A stretch of DNA of 64,000 nt from Candidatus Heimdallarchaeota archaeon (GCA_020353515.1 CP070695.1:4228931-4292930); one strand, 5' to 3'. Counted from the first letter of the stretch, positions 9,577-19,655 are shown. Notes: a model not told the origin generated them from the letters alone. Program-made: numbers and translations.

Positions 9577-10365
9577 TTGCCAGAATCTCACTGGGATCTT
9601 GTTTTTGATTTACACGGAGTTCTAGCGGACGTTAACGCCGTTAATCTGAACTATGGAACATACTTAAAGAAAATATTGGAACCTACAGGGATAAAACGCG
9701 AAAAAATCGTTGAAATCCATGAACATGCCTTCAAAAATTGGATAACTGAGATAACAAAACTAACTAATGATTATGATGAGGATGAGAATACTAATTCAGA
9801 AGTTTTTATGAAAAAATATACCCTAGTTGACGCTAAATGGGAAAATTTCATTTTAAACACTATACCTTTTGAACATAAAATCGCTATTAAACCCCTTCTA
9901 GAGACATCATTAATAGAATACGAAGCTCTCGCGAAAGGTCCGTATCCTATCCTCTATCCTGAAGTAAAATCAGTATTAACAGAAATAGTTGAGATAGGGC
10001 ATCTACGTATGCACATAGCTTCGTCCGCTTCTTCTCGACATGTTAAAGGTGCTGTTGTTCGTCATAATTTGGAAAATTTTTTCTATAAACTAATTGGGTA
10101 CGACACTGTAAAAGCACCTAAAAAAGCAAGAAATGCAGATTATTTCACAAGAATGCTGCAAGTTATAGGTACAGTTCCAGAACGCATCATTTTTGTAGGA
10201 GATTCCATTGAGGAAGCCAATCTTACAACTCAACTTGGAATGAAGTTTGTACTGGTAAAGAGGAAGAAGGATTTTGAATCAACAGAAATTTCAAAAAACA
10301 ATTTAGAAGTAATTAATGATTTAAATGCCCTACTTCCGATTATCAATACTGTGTTGAATTCTTAA
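9577..10365 (+). CDS. HAD-superfamily hydrolase
   Basis: FDLHGVL motif I variant, LYPEV, ASSAS, FVGDS. Confidence 0.8.
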   Translation: MPESHWDLVFDLHGVLADVNAVNLNYGTYLKKILEPTGIKREKIVEIHEHAFKNWITEITKLTNDYDEDENTNSEVFMKKYTLVDAKWENFILNTIPFEHKIAIKPLLETSLIEYEALAKGPYPILYPEVKSVLTEIVEIGHLRMHIASSASSRHVKGAVVRHNLENFFYKLIGYDTVKAPKKARNADYFTRMLQVIGTVPERIIFVGDSIEEANLTTQLGMKFVLVKRKKDFESTEISKNNLEVINDLNALLPIINTVLNS

Positions 10366-10376
10366 TTGCCTATACT

Positions 10377-11705
10377 CTAAAAACTAAATAATATCCCCCA
10401 AATGGTATTTACTGTTGTATGAACTAAGGCAGCGGGGACTATTTTCTGAGTTTTCCAATAGGTCCATCCATACGCAAAGCCTGCAATACTAGCGAAGAAA
10501 ATATACCTAATGTCTTCAAAATGAGCCCAACCAAACAGAATTGAGCTCAAAACTAAGGCAGCTATAAGTGGATCCTTAGTTTTATAGATCATAATGATCG
10601 CAATCAGTCCAAGAATGATTGAAGCCACTAAATACAGTGCTTCTAAGGGAATTGACTCAACGAGAGGCCAAGCTTGACCTTCTGCATCTCCTAAAGGCTC
10701 AGCTAAGAAACCTATAATGTCTTGAAGAGGAGTAACCATTGGAATCCAACTGAAAATCTGTAATATATCGTCAATCCAAGGAGTGATAATAATCAATCCA
10801 ACCAAACCTGCGATTCCTCCATACCACCAATTGATGGAAAATGTATCCTGCTTGAACCTCTCTTCAAGGAGTCGGAAGAAAAAACCTCGGAAAAATAATT
10901 CTTCTATTAATGCTGTTCCAAGAAATATGAGGAGGAACGTTAAAATTATCTCGACGATGGATCCTGGAAACTCTTCAAAGAGAATCATAACATTCTCAAT
11001 AATCACTGCGGGGGGAGCTAAGAAATAGCTAAGCATACCTAGGGGAGCAATAATAAGTGTTAATATTCCAACAGCTAAAATAACAACCATGAGATCCTCC
11101 CTTGAAATAGTAAATGATAATCCCATATCATGATGCCGTACAAAGATTAGGGCATAAAAGAAAGCAAATAATGCCAATAATGTATCAAAAGGAAGATTCC
11201 CTAATTCTACTGTTCCTAACATAGTATCAACAACACCAAACTCTATGGGCAGCCACACCCATAATCCTGCAATCACATCAATGTATGACAATCCATTCTC
11301 AATTCGCTTATGGAATGAGATATAGAGGAAGGTTGGAGTCAATAAAAAGATAAAGCAAACCAATATCTGGAATAGGGTAACAAACGGATCAGTGGAAGTT
11401 GGAACAATGATTCTGTAAATGCTAAAAATGATAAATACAACGAGTGGGGGAAGAATACGCCGATTAGCTGTCATGAGGAGATCCCGTACTGAATCAACGA
11501 TTTGAGGGGTGAATACATACATGAAAAATCCACCAAGGAAGAGAAGGAACACCAATCCAAAGACAAGTTGTACTCCTGACGGGATAGGCTCCTCTAAGAA
11601 AAGCATAAGAAGAAGTAAAATAAGAAAACAAGTTCCTATTAGAAAGTTGGGAAATTTAAGCATATTTTTCCAGTTTTCCAGTGGTTTAATCATAATTGCT
11701 AACAC
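10377..11705 (-). CDS. CPBP/Rce1-like (type II CAAX) intramembrane glutamic protease
   Basis: EELFFRG, FGWAH, HTTVN motifs; many TM helices. Confidence 0.85.
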   Translation of the reverse strand: MLAIMIKPLENWKNMLKFPNFLIGTCFLILLLLMLFLEEPIPSGVQLVFGLVFLLFLGGFFMYVFTPQIVDSVRDLLMTANRRILPPLVVFIIFSIYRIIVPTSTDPFVTLFQILVCFIFLLTPTFLYISFHKRIENGLSYIDVIAGLWVWLPIEFGVVDTMLGTVELGNLPFDTLLALFAFFYALIFVRHHDMGLSFTISREDLMVVILAVGILTLIIAPLGMLSYFLAPPAVIIENVMILFEEFPGSIVEIILTFLLIFLGTALIEELFFRGFFFRLLEERFKQDTFSINWWYGGIAGLVGLIIITPWIDDILQIFSWIPMVTPLQDIIGFLAEPLGDAEGQAWPLVESIPLEALYLVASIILGLIAIIMIYKTKDPLIAALVLSSILFGWAHFEDIRYIFFASIAGFAYGWTYWKTQKIVPAALVHTTVNTIWGILFSF

Positions 11706-12004
11706 ACATCCTGGCTGTTGGAATATTTCTACTGCTATTAGAATTTTTACATTAATATTATTTATTTGATATCATTATCAGGAAGAAAAGGCCTTATAGA
11801 CACAAAATAACTAGTAGTCTCTCTTTTTGAAAAAAATTGAGACTATTTCAAGAACCTTCAAGAAACCTAGAAAGCTATTTTTCAAAGATTCTATAAAAGA
11901 TACCTTAAAAGAGCGGTGCTTCTTTTACTAAATACAACTTAAGAGCAATTACTAACTTACTTTGCGAAAAAAAATAAAAATTCATGATTTAAAGGAGATT
12001 TAAT

Positions 12005-15000
12005 ATGAATCGAAAAAAAGTTCAGCTTTTAGCTGTTAGTATGGCGCTTGTTGCCATGTTACTGATAAATCAATCAGGTATTACAATCGCCACATTGCAG
12101 GCACCAAAAAGGATTTTTGTAGATACACCGATAGGAGATAAATCATTCATTGAAGCTCTTGAATTAATCGCTGCAGAAGACACTGCTCTCATCGCTCAAT
12201 ACTACCAGTTAAATGGAGAAAAAACGTTCCCCCTCAACCCTACGCATGAGGCTTTCGAAGAACTCAGTCTTATGTACATCATCAGTTCCAATCAAGCAAA
12301 CTGGCGTGATTACTGGCCTAGATCAATTTGGGAATTCCGTGATGGAGCTACAATATTGCTCCAGTTTTCTCAAGGAATGGAAGACTCTCTTGCTGATGCT
12401 GAAGAGATCATTCCTGCATTGAATAGTTGGATGGGAACAACCCTAGATGTTCTGTATGGGGCTGAGATTGGGCCAGACAATAATCGGACAACAACCCTCT
12501 TTTATTGGGGATATATGTCTTCTCAGAACCACTCAGACTTTATAATAGACGAATTTTATGACGTCTTAACTCCAGGTGGATATACTGATTTCATAGAAAG
12601 AGATATAATAGCTTCAGCTCCCATTTCAGTTGTTGGAACAGGCCTTGTAAAGAATAAAACAGACGATTTTATTCCTGTTGCAGTATCAGCGTTCATCTTG
12701 GAAAACGGTGTTAGTTTAGATGGAGATATGGGTAATATGTCAATCTCATCTGCATTCGATTATTCAGGTTCCATTGTACCTGCACCCGACGCATTTTACA
12801 GCAAAATTAGCTTCCAATTACCTTACGTTGCGACTGTCTATGATTCATATCCAGAGACAGATAACCTATATCCAGAATTAGTCGGTAATTTCGATTGGAC
12901 CTTAAAAGCAGGTGAATGGATCAATGTAGCTTATGATGACATTTACGTTACTTTTTCAAAGGACGAAGAAGAAATTACCACATTCCCACAAATTACATCT
13001 GAATTATCTACAGATGTAGTAGCATTGCAATCTGTTAACAATCCACAGCTAAATTTTACAATTACAATGAAGAATACTGGAGATGAAATAGCCTATGATA
13101 CAGTGTTTGCTTGGGACCTAGGTGATGAACCAGAACCCCATTATATATCTATCTTTGATAGTGATAACTACGAATTTGATCCGACGATTAAGAAGTACTT
13201 CAATTTTACGAGTGGCTTACTTATAGACTCCCTTTCGCTTACAGAAATTGATAATCCTGATACCCCAGAAGTAGATTGGTTCAATATCAGTCGTGAAATC
13301 ACAGGTTGGTTTATAAATAAAAGTGATGGGAACAAAGTCGTCCAACCACAGACCACGTTTCTTCCTTCGATGGGGCATGCTGGGATTCATGAAGTTAATG
13401 CTTGGGCAACAATCAGTTCAGTTTATATCAATAAATCATTCTTTAACTTCAAAAAATCCAGCAATTTAGTTTCAGCGACAATCAATGATACATTTTACTT
13501 AATTGGAGAAATCGATCAGCTAAACCCAGGAGCCAGTGAGTCATTCTGGTGGAGTATTGATGATCTCCCTTCTGAAGCTGACAGCTTTATTTGGGTGGAC
13601 ATTAATAATTCTAATGGCGATGGCCAATTGTTAACTGATCCATTATATGGATCGTACTGGCAAGTCAATTGGACAGTAATTGACAATACAAGCGTTAAAA
13701 CAGAAGGAATAACAAATCTTAAGGATTATCTTGTGAAAAATGCACTTAATGAAGGTCAAGATCTACGTTTTCCCCCAATAAATCCAGAATTTATACCTGG
13801 TGTTATGTTTGTTTATGAAGATGGCGCATCAAGAGAATACTTTGGATGGTCAAATGGATTAATTATTCAATTGTACGACGATGAAGCGATTTTAAAAACC
13901 ACTGTCTCTTTAAATTCATCAATTTATGAGATGTTCGAATTTGCAGAAATCAATGTGACCATTGAAAACATTGGAGATGCACCCGCATCAGACATTAGTA
14001 TTCAAGGATTTCATGCACAATTAGGACCTGGTTGGGAATTAAAGGATTTCAAGGCCTTTTCAAATGAAACAGCACTTGGAACTATCAACCCAGGTGAGAA
14101 AGTGACTCATACTTTCATTCGAGAGATCGAAACTTTCATTGGAATACATCCTGTAGGTGTTGTTGTAGATTATACAACAGAGAAAGATGAGGACCTAGGT
14201 GGAGCATTTAACAGTACAACAATTACAAACTTGGCTTCCAACCTTTTAGTAGCTCTTGTGATGCCCAAAGATGATTCAGGAGAACCTGTTCAAGAGTATC
14301 CAACTCCAGTAGTCAATGTATCAGTTTCATGGACTGATGAAAACGGTGGTGACATAGAGAACGGAGATCTCATTGAAATTAAAACTGAAGTCAAAAATCT
14401 TGGTGATGAAGCTACTACCATCAAATTGTTCTCGTATTTCCCAACACGAATGGCCAGTATAGATATAGAAGCACAGTATTACGATGGCAAGAATTTTAAG
14501 GTTACAGATATTTCTGGGAATATTTTAACAGGTTATGATGAAGGTTTTGCGATGGATCATCCTGATTGGCCAATCACTATCGCTGCAGTTGCAGGATTAC
14601 ATCTAGCTCCAGGGGCAACAATAATTTTCTATTACAAACTCACAGTAACAGACAAGGATTCCTTAATTGTGCCTCCAGTTGCTGTAGAATACGATAGCCG
14701 ATATCCTATGACTGGAACCTCTGGGATGGAAGGCAGTGAGGAAGGAGGTGGCACTAGTTCAGCTGCTCTCAGGATGTCCCCCAATTTAGGAATCAAATCC
14801 TCCAGTCTTAAGCTCAGTGTTCAGAATAGTGAGTCAAGCGGTTCTAGTTGGACATCTTACAGTGATTCATCTCTCTTGTCAGCATACGCAGCTGTTATAA
14901 CTCCAGAACCTAGTACTACTGCTAGTGAGTCAGAGCCTCCATCATCAACATCTGGTGGTGCGAATGGCTTTACAACCCTGACAAGCTTCATAACGGAGAA

Positions 15001-15079
15001 TATGAGGCTCATGATAGTTGTATTAGCCATTCCTATCCTGGTGTTGAGCGTTCGAGAGCTCCGAAGAACAAGAAAATAG
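12005..15079 (+). CDS. Large secreted, membrane-anchored S-layer-like glycoprotein with CARDB/DUF11-like Ig domains
   Basis: Signal peptide; three recurring strand motifs (ITMKNTGDE, VTIENIGDA, TEVKNLGDE); acidic; many N-x-S/T; Ser/Gly linker; C-terminal TM followed by RRTRK. Confidence 0.7.
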   Translation: MNRKKVQLLAVSMALVAMLLINQSGITIATLQAPKRIFVDTPIGDKSFIEALELIAAEDTALIAQYYQLNGEKTFPLNPTHEAFEELSLMYIISSNQANWRDYWPRSIWEFRDGATILLQFSQGMEDSLADAEEIIPALNSWMGTTLDVLYGAEIGPDNNRTTTLFYWGYMSSQNHSDFIIDEFYDVLTPGGYTDFIERDIIASAPISVVGTGLVKNKTDDFIPVAVSAFILENGVSLDGDMGNMSISSAFDYSGSIVPAPDAFYSKISFQLPYVATVYDSYPETDNLYPELVGNFDWTLKAGEWINVAYDDIYVTFSKDEEEITTFPQITSELSTDVVALQSVNNPQLNFTITMKNTGDEIAYDTVFAWDLGDEPEPHYISIFDSDNYEFDPTIKKYFNFTSGLLIDSLSLTEIDNPDTPEVDWFNISREITGWFINKSDGNKVVQPQTTFLPSMGHAGIHEVNAWATISSVYINKSFFNFKKSSNLVSATINDTFYLIGEIDQLNPGASESFWWSIDDLPSEADSFIWVDINNSNGDGQLLTDPLYGSYWQVNWTVIDNTSVKTEGITNLKDYLVKNALNEGQDLRFPPINPEFIPGVMFVYEDGASREYFGWSNGLIIQLYDDEAILKTTVSLNSSIYEMFEFAEINVTIENIGDAPASDISIQGFHAQLGPGWELKDFKAFSNETALGTINPGEKVTHTFIREIETFIGIHPVGVVVDYTTEKDEDLGGAFNSTTITNLASNLLVALVMPKDDSGEPVQEYPTPVVNVSVSWTDENGGDIENGDLIEIKTEVKNLGDEATTIKLFSYFPTRMASIDIEAQYYDGKNFKVTDISGNILTGYDEGFAMDHPDWPITIAAVAGLHLAPGATIIFYYKLTVTDKDSLIVPPVAVEYDSRYPMTGTSGMEGSEEGGGTSSAALRMSPNLGIKSSSLKLSVQNSESSGSSWTSYSDSSLLSAYAAVITPEPSTTASESEPPSSTSGGANGFTTLTSFITENMRLMIVVLAIPILVLSVRELRRTRK

Positions 15080-15088
15080 GAAACTCTA

Positions 15089-15111
15089 TTTTCCCTCCAC
15101 TTCCTTTTTTT
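15089..15111 (+). terminator. Pyrimidine tract/U-run terminator
   Basis: TTTTCCCTCCACTTCC followed by T7, 10 bp after the stop. Confidence 0.5.
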
Positions 15112-15218
15112 ATTGTCATGTTTTAGTTTAAGATAATCTCTATTTTAAGTGATCTTTGTATTTCCACTTTGATAAAAAGCACTATTTTTAAAGGATTGAT
15201 ATTTACAACTAGATTGCG

Positions 15219-16115
15219 ATGTCAAATCACCTGGATGAGAATCTTACAGAAATATTCAAAGCACTTTCTCATCCGTTGCGACAAGACATAATTTATCTTC
15301 TTGCTGAGCGCCAAGAAATTGGCGGAATTGGCTTTACTGCTCTTCAGAATGAGTTAAATCGGGGTTCCTCTCGCAAAAAACCTGTTCAGGTTGGAACAAT
15401 CTATCATCACATTGGTCTTCTTGGTGAATTAATCAATCAAAATGATGAATCCAAAACTTGGACGCTTTCTGAGAGAGGATTATTTGCCTATAATTTATTG
15501 ACTTCAAGTCAAGATCGGAATCAATTTCTTACAAATGGTGACCTTAAACAAAGTTCTCCTCTTTTGTTAATCTGGAAAATATTGGCTCCCCCCAGCATCT
15601 TCTTCAATATCAAAAAGTCTATTACATTATTCATTGGGTGGCAAATACTTTTCTTTTTATTATTTGCATTTATTACCGCCCAAGCTGATCTAGTATTGAT
15701 TTTCCTCTTCTTTTCTGATATAAATCTGAGTAAAGATATTTTATTCAGTTTAGGGAGTATCGTGCTATCTTGGATTATTTTTACTGTTTTGGTATTGGTT
15801 CTATCAAGACAACTGCTTCCAAAGAAAACCATGTCCTTAGAAGATATTGTGACAACTGCCATCTTTTTAGGATTATCAATGTTACCACTAGGAATCTTTC
15901 CTCTTCTTGTAATGGCCAGAGTGATTGATCTAACTCAATCTTTCATCCCATTAGCATTAGCCATTCTTCTCCAACTTTGGGTGATTCTTTTTTCTGCACG
16001 TGCAATCTCAGTTCAATTTTTTGTTAGAATGGAACGGGCAGGTATTATTAGCCTTATTTCAATCTACATTATGGTCTTATTAGGAGTACTCTTATCCCCG
16101 ATCTTAGGCTTCTAG
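15219..16115 (+). CDS. ArsR-type winged-HTH fused to a Yip1-like 5-TM domain
   Basis: IFKALSHPLRQDI...GTIYHHI wHTH; membrane part with ILAPPSIFF, LGLSMLPL, QLW. Confidence 0.65.
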   Translation: MSNHLDENLTEIFKALSHPLRQDIIYLLAERQEIGGIGFTALQNELNRGSSRKKPVQVGTIYHHIGLLGELINQNDESKTWTLSERGLFAYNLLTSSQDRNQFLTNGDLKQSSPLLLIWKILAPPSIFFNIKKSITLFIGWQILFFLLFAFITAQADLVLIFLFFSDINLSKDILFSLGSIVLSWIIFTVLVLVLSRQLLPKKTMSLEDIVTTAIFLGLSMLPLGIFPLLVMARVIDLTQSFIPLALAILLQLWVILFSARAISVQFFVRMERAGIISLISIYIMVLLGVLLSPILGF

Positions 16116-16874
16116 GCTCGTAGGAAAATCTGTTATCTCAATCTTAGGTAATAAAATTTCAAATCGCGTTCCTTGGGTGTAGTCGTCCAAAACCCTATTA
16201 GAAACGCTAATCTCTCCTCCTAACTTTTTTAAAATTGTTTTAACAATATGAAGTCCCAATCCTGAGCCTCTTTTCTCTGATCTTACTCGAAAAAAACGTT
16301 TGAAGATTTTTTCTTTTTTTGAATCTGGGATTCCCTCTCCACGATCAATAACATCAATTTTCCATTGATCAGATTCCTGGATATCACTAACGATAATGTC
16401 AACCACTTTAATGGGATTTTTATCGGCTAATACTGCATTCTGTAAAAGATTGATGACACAATTATCAAGGATGGTTGTTCCTTGAACAAAACAATGCTTC
16501 TTTGGGAAAGAAGTATTAATCTTTATTTTTTCATGGGGAAACATTCCAATAATGGATGTAATAGAACGATTAACAACACCACATAAGTCAATAGGTGTAT
16601 AATCTCCATTCTGTAAATTTTTAACTTCAGATAATAATTTAACTTGGTCAAGTACCATTTGAGCTCTCAATAGGCTTTGGAACGCTGTTTGTAGAAAAAA
16701 TTGAGAATCTTCATCCTGTTCATCAATGACAGACTTCAATTCTTCTAAACAACTGTAAGTTATCATCGTTTGGCTAGGAACATCATGTGTAAGGAGATCA
16801 ATGAAGAATTCGAGATCCCTATGAGCCTCTTCTGACTGACGAAGTATATCCTGAGTTTCCTGATTCTTAACCAT
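16104..16874 (-). CDS. Histidine kinase without sensor domain
   Basis: H box LLTHDV, N box NLLQNA, DRGEGIP, FKRF, GSGLGL, GTRF. Confidence 0.85.
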   Translation of the reverse strand: MVKNQETQDILRQSEEAHRDLEFFIDLLTHDVPSQTMITYSCLEELKSVIDEQDEDSQFFLQTAFQSLLRAQMVLDQVKLLSEVKNLQNGDYTPIDLCGVVNRSITSIIGMFPHEKIKINTSFPKKHCFVQGTTILDNCVINLLQNAVLADKNPIKVVDIIVSDIQESDQWKIDVIDRGEGIPDSKKEKIFKRFFRVRSEKRGSGLGLHIVKTILKKLGGEISVSNRVLDDYTQGTRFEILLPKIEITDFPTSLEA

Positions 16875-17010
16875 TTGAAAATCACTACTGAGTTGTATTT
16901 CAACGCCATCAATGAAACCAAAAAAAATGTTTGCCCGAATTATTCTGGATTCTTAAACCAGTTGAGTAATACAATCACTCTTGTGATTTTTAATTCGGCT
17001 TTCTAAAAAA

Positions 17011-17919
17011 TTATAACTTCTCTTTTACGTTCCGATGAACAACAGAAACAGCCAGATTGTTTCCTTTTAGCTCATTTTCAACTAACCCTTCAAGGAGAGC
17101 TGAAATTCCATCTCCAGTCCAAGTATTTGTTTCATATATTTTCCTACTGGAAACACGAAATCTTCTCGCCAGATATTTGCGAATATTTGTTATTCTACTA
17201 ACATCTCGCATATTTGCAGCGATAACAAAAGGACGATCCCAAAAATTATGAACTTCTTGAAACAATTCTTGGGCCTTTCTGATCCTTTGAGCATCTGAAC
17301 TATCTACAAAAAAGATGTATCCATCAGAGTCGTTCCTAAATCTCCACCATTGCTGTTGAAAGGCATACCCAAGGTCGAAGAATTGTATTTGAGGTAAATT
17401 TCCAATGGAATCTATTCTAATAATATCTAGAAGTTGTGTTGGTTCGTAAGATTCGAAACCAGCAAGGGGACGATCTTCTTTTAAATAATTAACGAAAGTA
17501 CTTTTCCCTGAGCGATCTAATCCGAGAAGTGCAATCTTTAGCTCTGTATTTGAGTTATCAACTTCTTTCACTATTGAATTACATAAGTCTTGAAAATATT
17601 TCGTCGAGGCGAGTAACTTTGAAGTTGGGATATCCCTACTCAGATATTCTTCAAGGAGATTTAAGAACAATTCAAGGCGTTGAAAAGACGTATTAACGGA
17701 GGCTACCGAAACTAATAGTAGATCTTGAATGGTCGCGCGAAATGTTATTAATTGATTTCTAATGATTATTCCTTGAGTATGTTCCCTCTGAGTCTCTTCT
17801 CGAGCCAACTTTCCGAGTATTGGTATTAGATCATAGAACTGTTGACTATTAGCAATGGAGACAGTTGAAATTAATTCAGAATTATCTTTGTCAAAGACTT
17901 TGACTGAAAGAAGAGTCAT
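17011..17919 (-). CDS. Longin/roadblock-like domain fused to Arf-like small GTPase
   Basis: KIALLGLDRSGKST (Arf-type G1), YEPT, FFDLGY, YIFFVDSSD, ANMRD, ETNTWTGDGI; N-terminal ~120-aa alpha/beta domain. Confidence 0.8.
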   Translation of the reverse strand: MTLLSVKVFDKDNSELISTVSIANSQQFYDLIPILGKLAREETQREHTQGIIIRNQLITFRATIQDLLLVSVASVNTSFQRLELFLNLLEEYLSRDIPTSKLLASTKYFQDLCNSIVKEVDNSNTELKIALLGLDRSGKSTFVNYLKEDRPLAGFESYEPTQLLDIIRIDSIGNLPQIQFFDLGYAFQQQWWRFRNDSDGYIFFVDSSDAQRIRKAQELFQEVHNFWDRPFVIAANMRDVSRITNIRKYLARRFRVSSRKIYETNTWTGDGISALLEGLVENELKGNNLAVSVVHRNVKEKL

Positions 17920-18205
17920 TCGAGAATCACCGTACCATCGCTAACAAGTTTATCTTTGGAAAAATGTATTCTTTTATGAATTAAAAAAACGAATTTCCTT
18001 AAAAAATTCACCTGAACAATTTTTCCGGATATTCGTAATCTTAGAGAAGAAAGAAGGAAATTATTAGAAACGAGAAAAAATGACATCTTGAAAAGAAATG
18101 AGCCGACGAAAATCATAAATTGAATTCAAATTAGAAATAATCCCAGTACTGGGAGAATGTATCGTTAAAGTAATTTCAGGAAGGAAACAATAATATTTTA
18201 TATCC

Positions 18206-18349
18206 TTATTCTTCGTCTCTCTTAATCTTCTTTTCAGCTTCGTCTTTTACTTTCTTTCCAATAATTTTTCCTTTCTCAGCTGTCTTCTTACCCAGCTTTT
18301 CTGCTTCTTCCTTCTTTTTTTCAGCCTCTTTCTTGATTTTTTTAAGCAT
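18206..18349 (-). CDS. 47-aa Lys/Glu-rich helical microprotein (LEA-like; absent from ORF track)
   Basis: MLKKIKKEAEKKKEEAEKLGKKTAEKGKIIGKKVKDEAEKKIKRDEE*. Confidence 0.55.
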   Translation of the reverse strand: MLKKIKKEAEKKKEEAEKLGKKTAEKGKIIGKKVKDEAEKKIKRDEE

Positions 18350-18428
18350 TAAATTCCACATTCTATTATTTTTTTCCCCGAGAGGATTGTTTCTTTTTCA
18401 TTTTTTACCTACTTAAATAAGATTCGGT

Positions 18429-19655
18429 CTACCCCAATTGAAACAAGTTAATTATTGTTGAAAGAGTTGTTTGACAAATTTTCTTCATGAAAATGAAATC
18501 CAAAGTGTTGATTGTGTCTCCAGCAGTATGATAATAAGGATTACGGAAATTAGCGGTATCAGTTACTATAATTGCAGGAATTCCGACTCTCCAGAAAGGA
18601 GCATGATCGCTTCTCAATAAATCAGGCATTGTTTGTTTAATTCCATCGTAATCTAAAGGAACATCAAGACAAGCACAAGGTAATTTAATCAAATCATGTT
18701 GAGATGAGTTAAAAAAAGAATCTGTAAGAATTTGGGAGTTTTCATCACCAATGATTGTAATATAATTCCCTATCATTCGATCGTGATCGGTTCTATAAGT
18801 CTTGAACATATCTAAAGTAATGCCTTTTGGTAAACGTTGAGAATAGGGTTCCTTGGACGTAAAACCTATAGATTCGAGATTAATGACACCTGTGATATTC
18901 ATTTCTTTCTCGATAATGTATTTTGAATAGGCATCACTACCCAAACAAAAGCTTCTGCCAAATGGATCATCCTGAGCTGATTCACGAAATATTCGATTTT
19001 GTTCCCTGAAAAACTTAAGCTCATTGTTTGTTAATTCTACCTTCGCTTGCGCTTCAAATTTATTCCATTCATCCTCGTCAAGAAATGGTTTTGCTGGCCC
19101 TGATGAGATTATCAGTTTTTTAAATTGGTCAGCAAATTTTTTTAATGGCCAAGAAATATAACGGTAATTTTCATCAAAAACTCCACACTCGGTACCAATC
19201 TTTCTTATCGGATTTTGCAGACTAGGAGAGAATTCCTCTAGGTTAAAACTGACAAAAATGACATTTTTCTTGAAATTAATTTCCCTTAGAACACGAGCAA
19301 CTTCTAACATTACTGCTACTCCACTTGCATTATCATCGGCACCAGGAGTAGAATAAATGGTATCATAATGATTGGTTATAAAGATTGTAGGTTCGGATAG
19401 ATCCATATGGTCTTCTAAAAAGCCTTCTACATTGAAAAAATCTTCATCTATCCCCTCTACGCTGAAAAAGTGTCTATTTGTAGTAATATCGTGTTGTTGT
19501 AGCGATCTCTCAATATATTTACCAGCTTGAATTAATATATCATAAGAGTCAAGAGCATGTTTGACACCTTCAAGAGAGAGTATGTGGGTGTATAAATTAT
19601 TGATATCTACAGTTTCGATAGCATCTTTGATCATTGACAATGTAGTTAACTCCAA
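18429..19655 (-). CDS. M28 family metallopeptidase
   Basis: HYDT, PGADDNASG, FNLEE, NLESIG, SDHAPF, YYHTAGD. Confidence 0.88.
   Translation of the reverse strand: MELTTLSMIKDAIETVDINNLYTHILSLEGVKHALDSYDILIQAGKYIERSLQQHDITTNRHFFSVEGIDEDFFNVEGFLEDHMDLSEPTIFITNHYDTIYSTPGADDNASGVAVMLEVARVLREINFKKNVIFVSFNLEEFSPSLQNPIRKIGTECGVFDENYRYISWPLKKFADQFKKLIISSGPAKPFLDEDEWNKFEAQAKVELTNNELKFFREQNRIFRESAQDDPFGRSFCLGSDAYSKYIIEKEMNITGVINLESIGFTSKEPYSQRLPKGITLDMFKTYRTDHDRMIGNYITIIGDENSQILTDSFFNSSQHDLIKLPCACLDVPLDYDGIKQTMPDLLRSDHAPFWRVGIPAIIVTDTANFRNPYYHTAGDTINTLDFIFMKKICQTTLSTIINLFQLG

Noticed and set aside
17916-18116. 66-aa ORF overlapping the GTPase start by ATGA
   Set aside because: F/L/K-biased composition typical of AT-rich promoter DNA; no motif, though the overlap means it cannot be fully excluded
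18945-19230. Intein in the M28 peptidase
   Set aside because: No HN-C/S/T C-terminal junction or block B motif; too short
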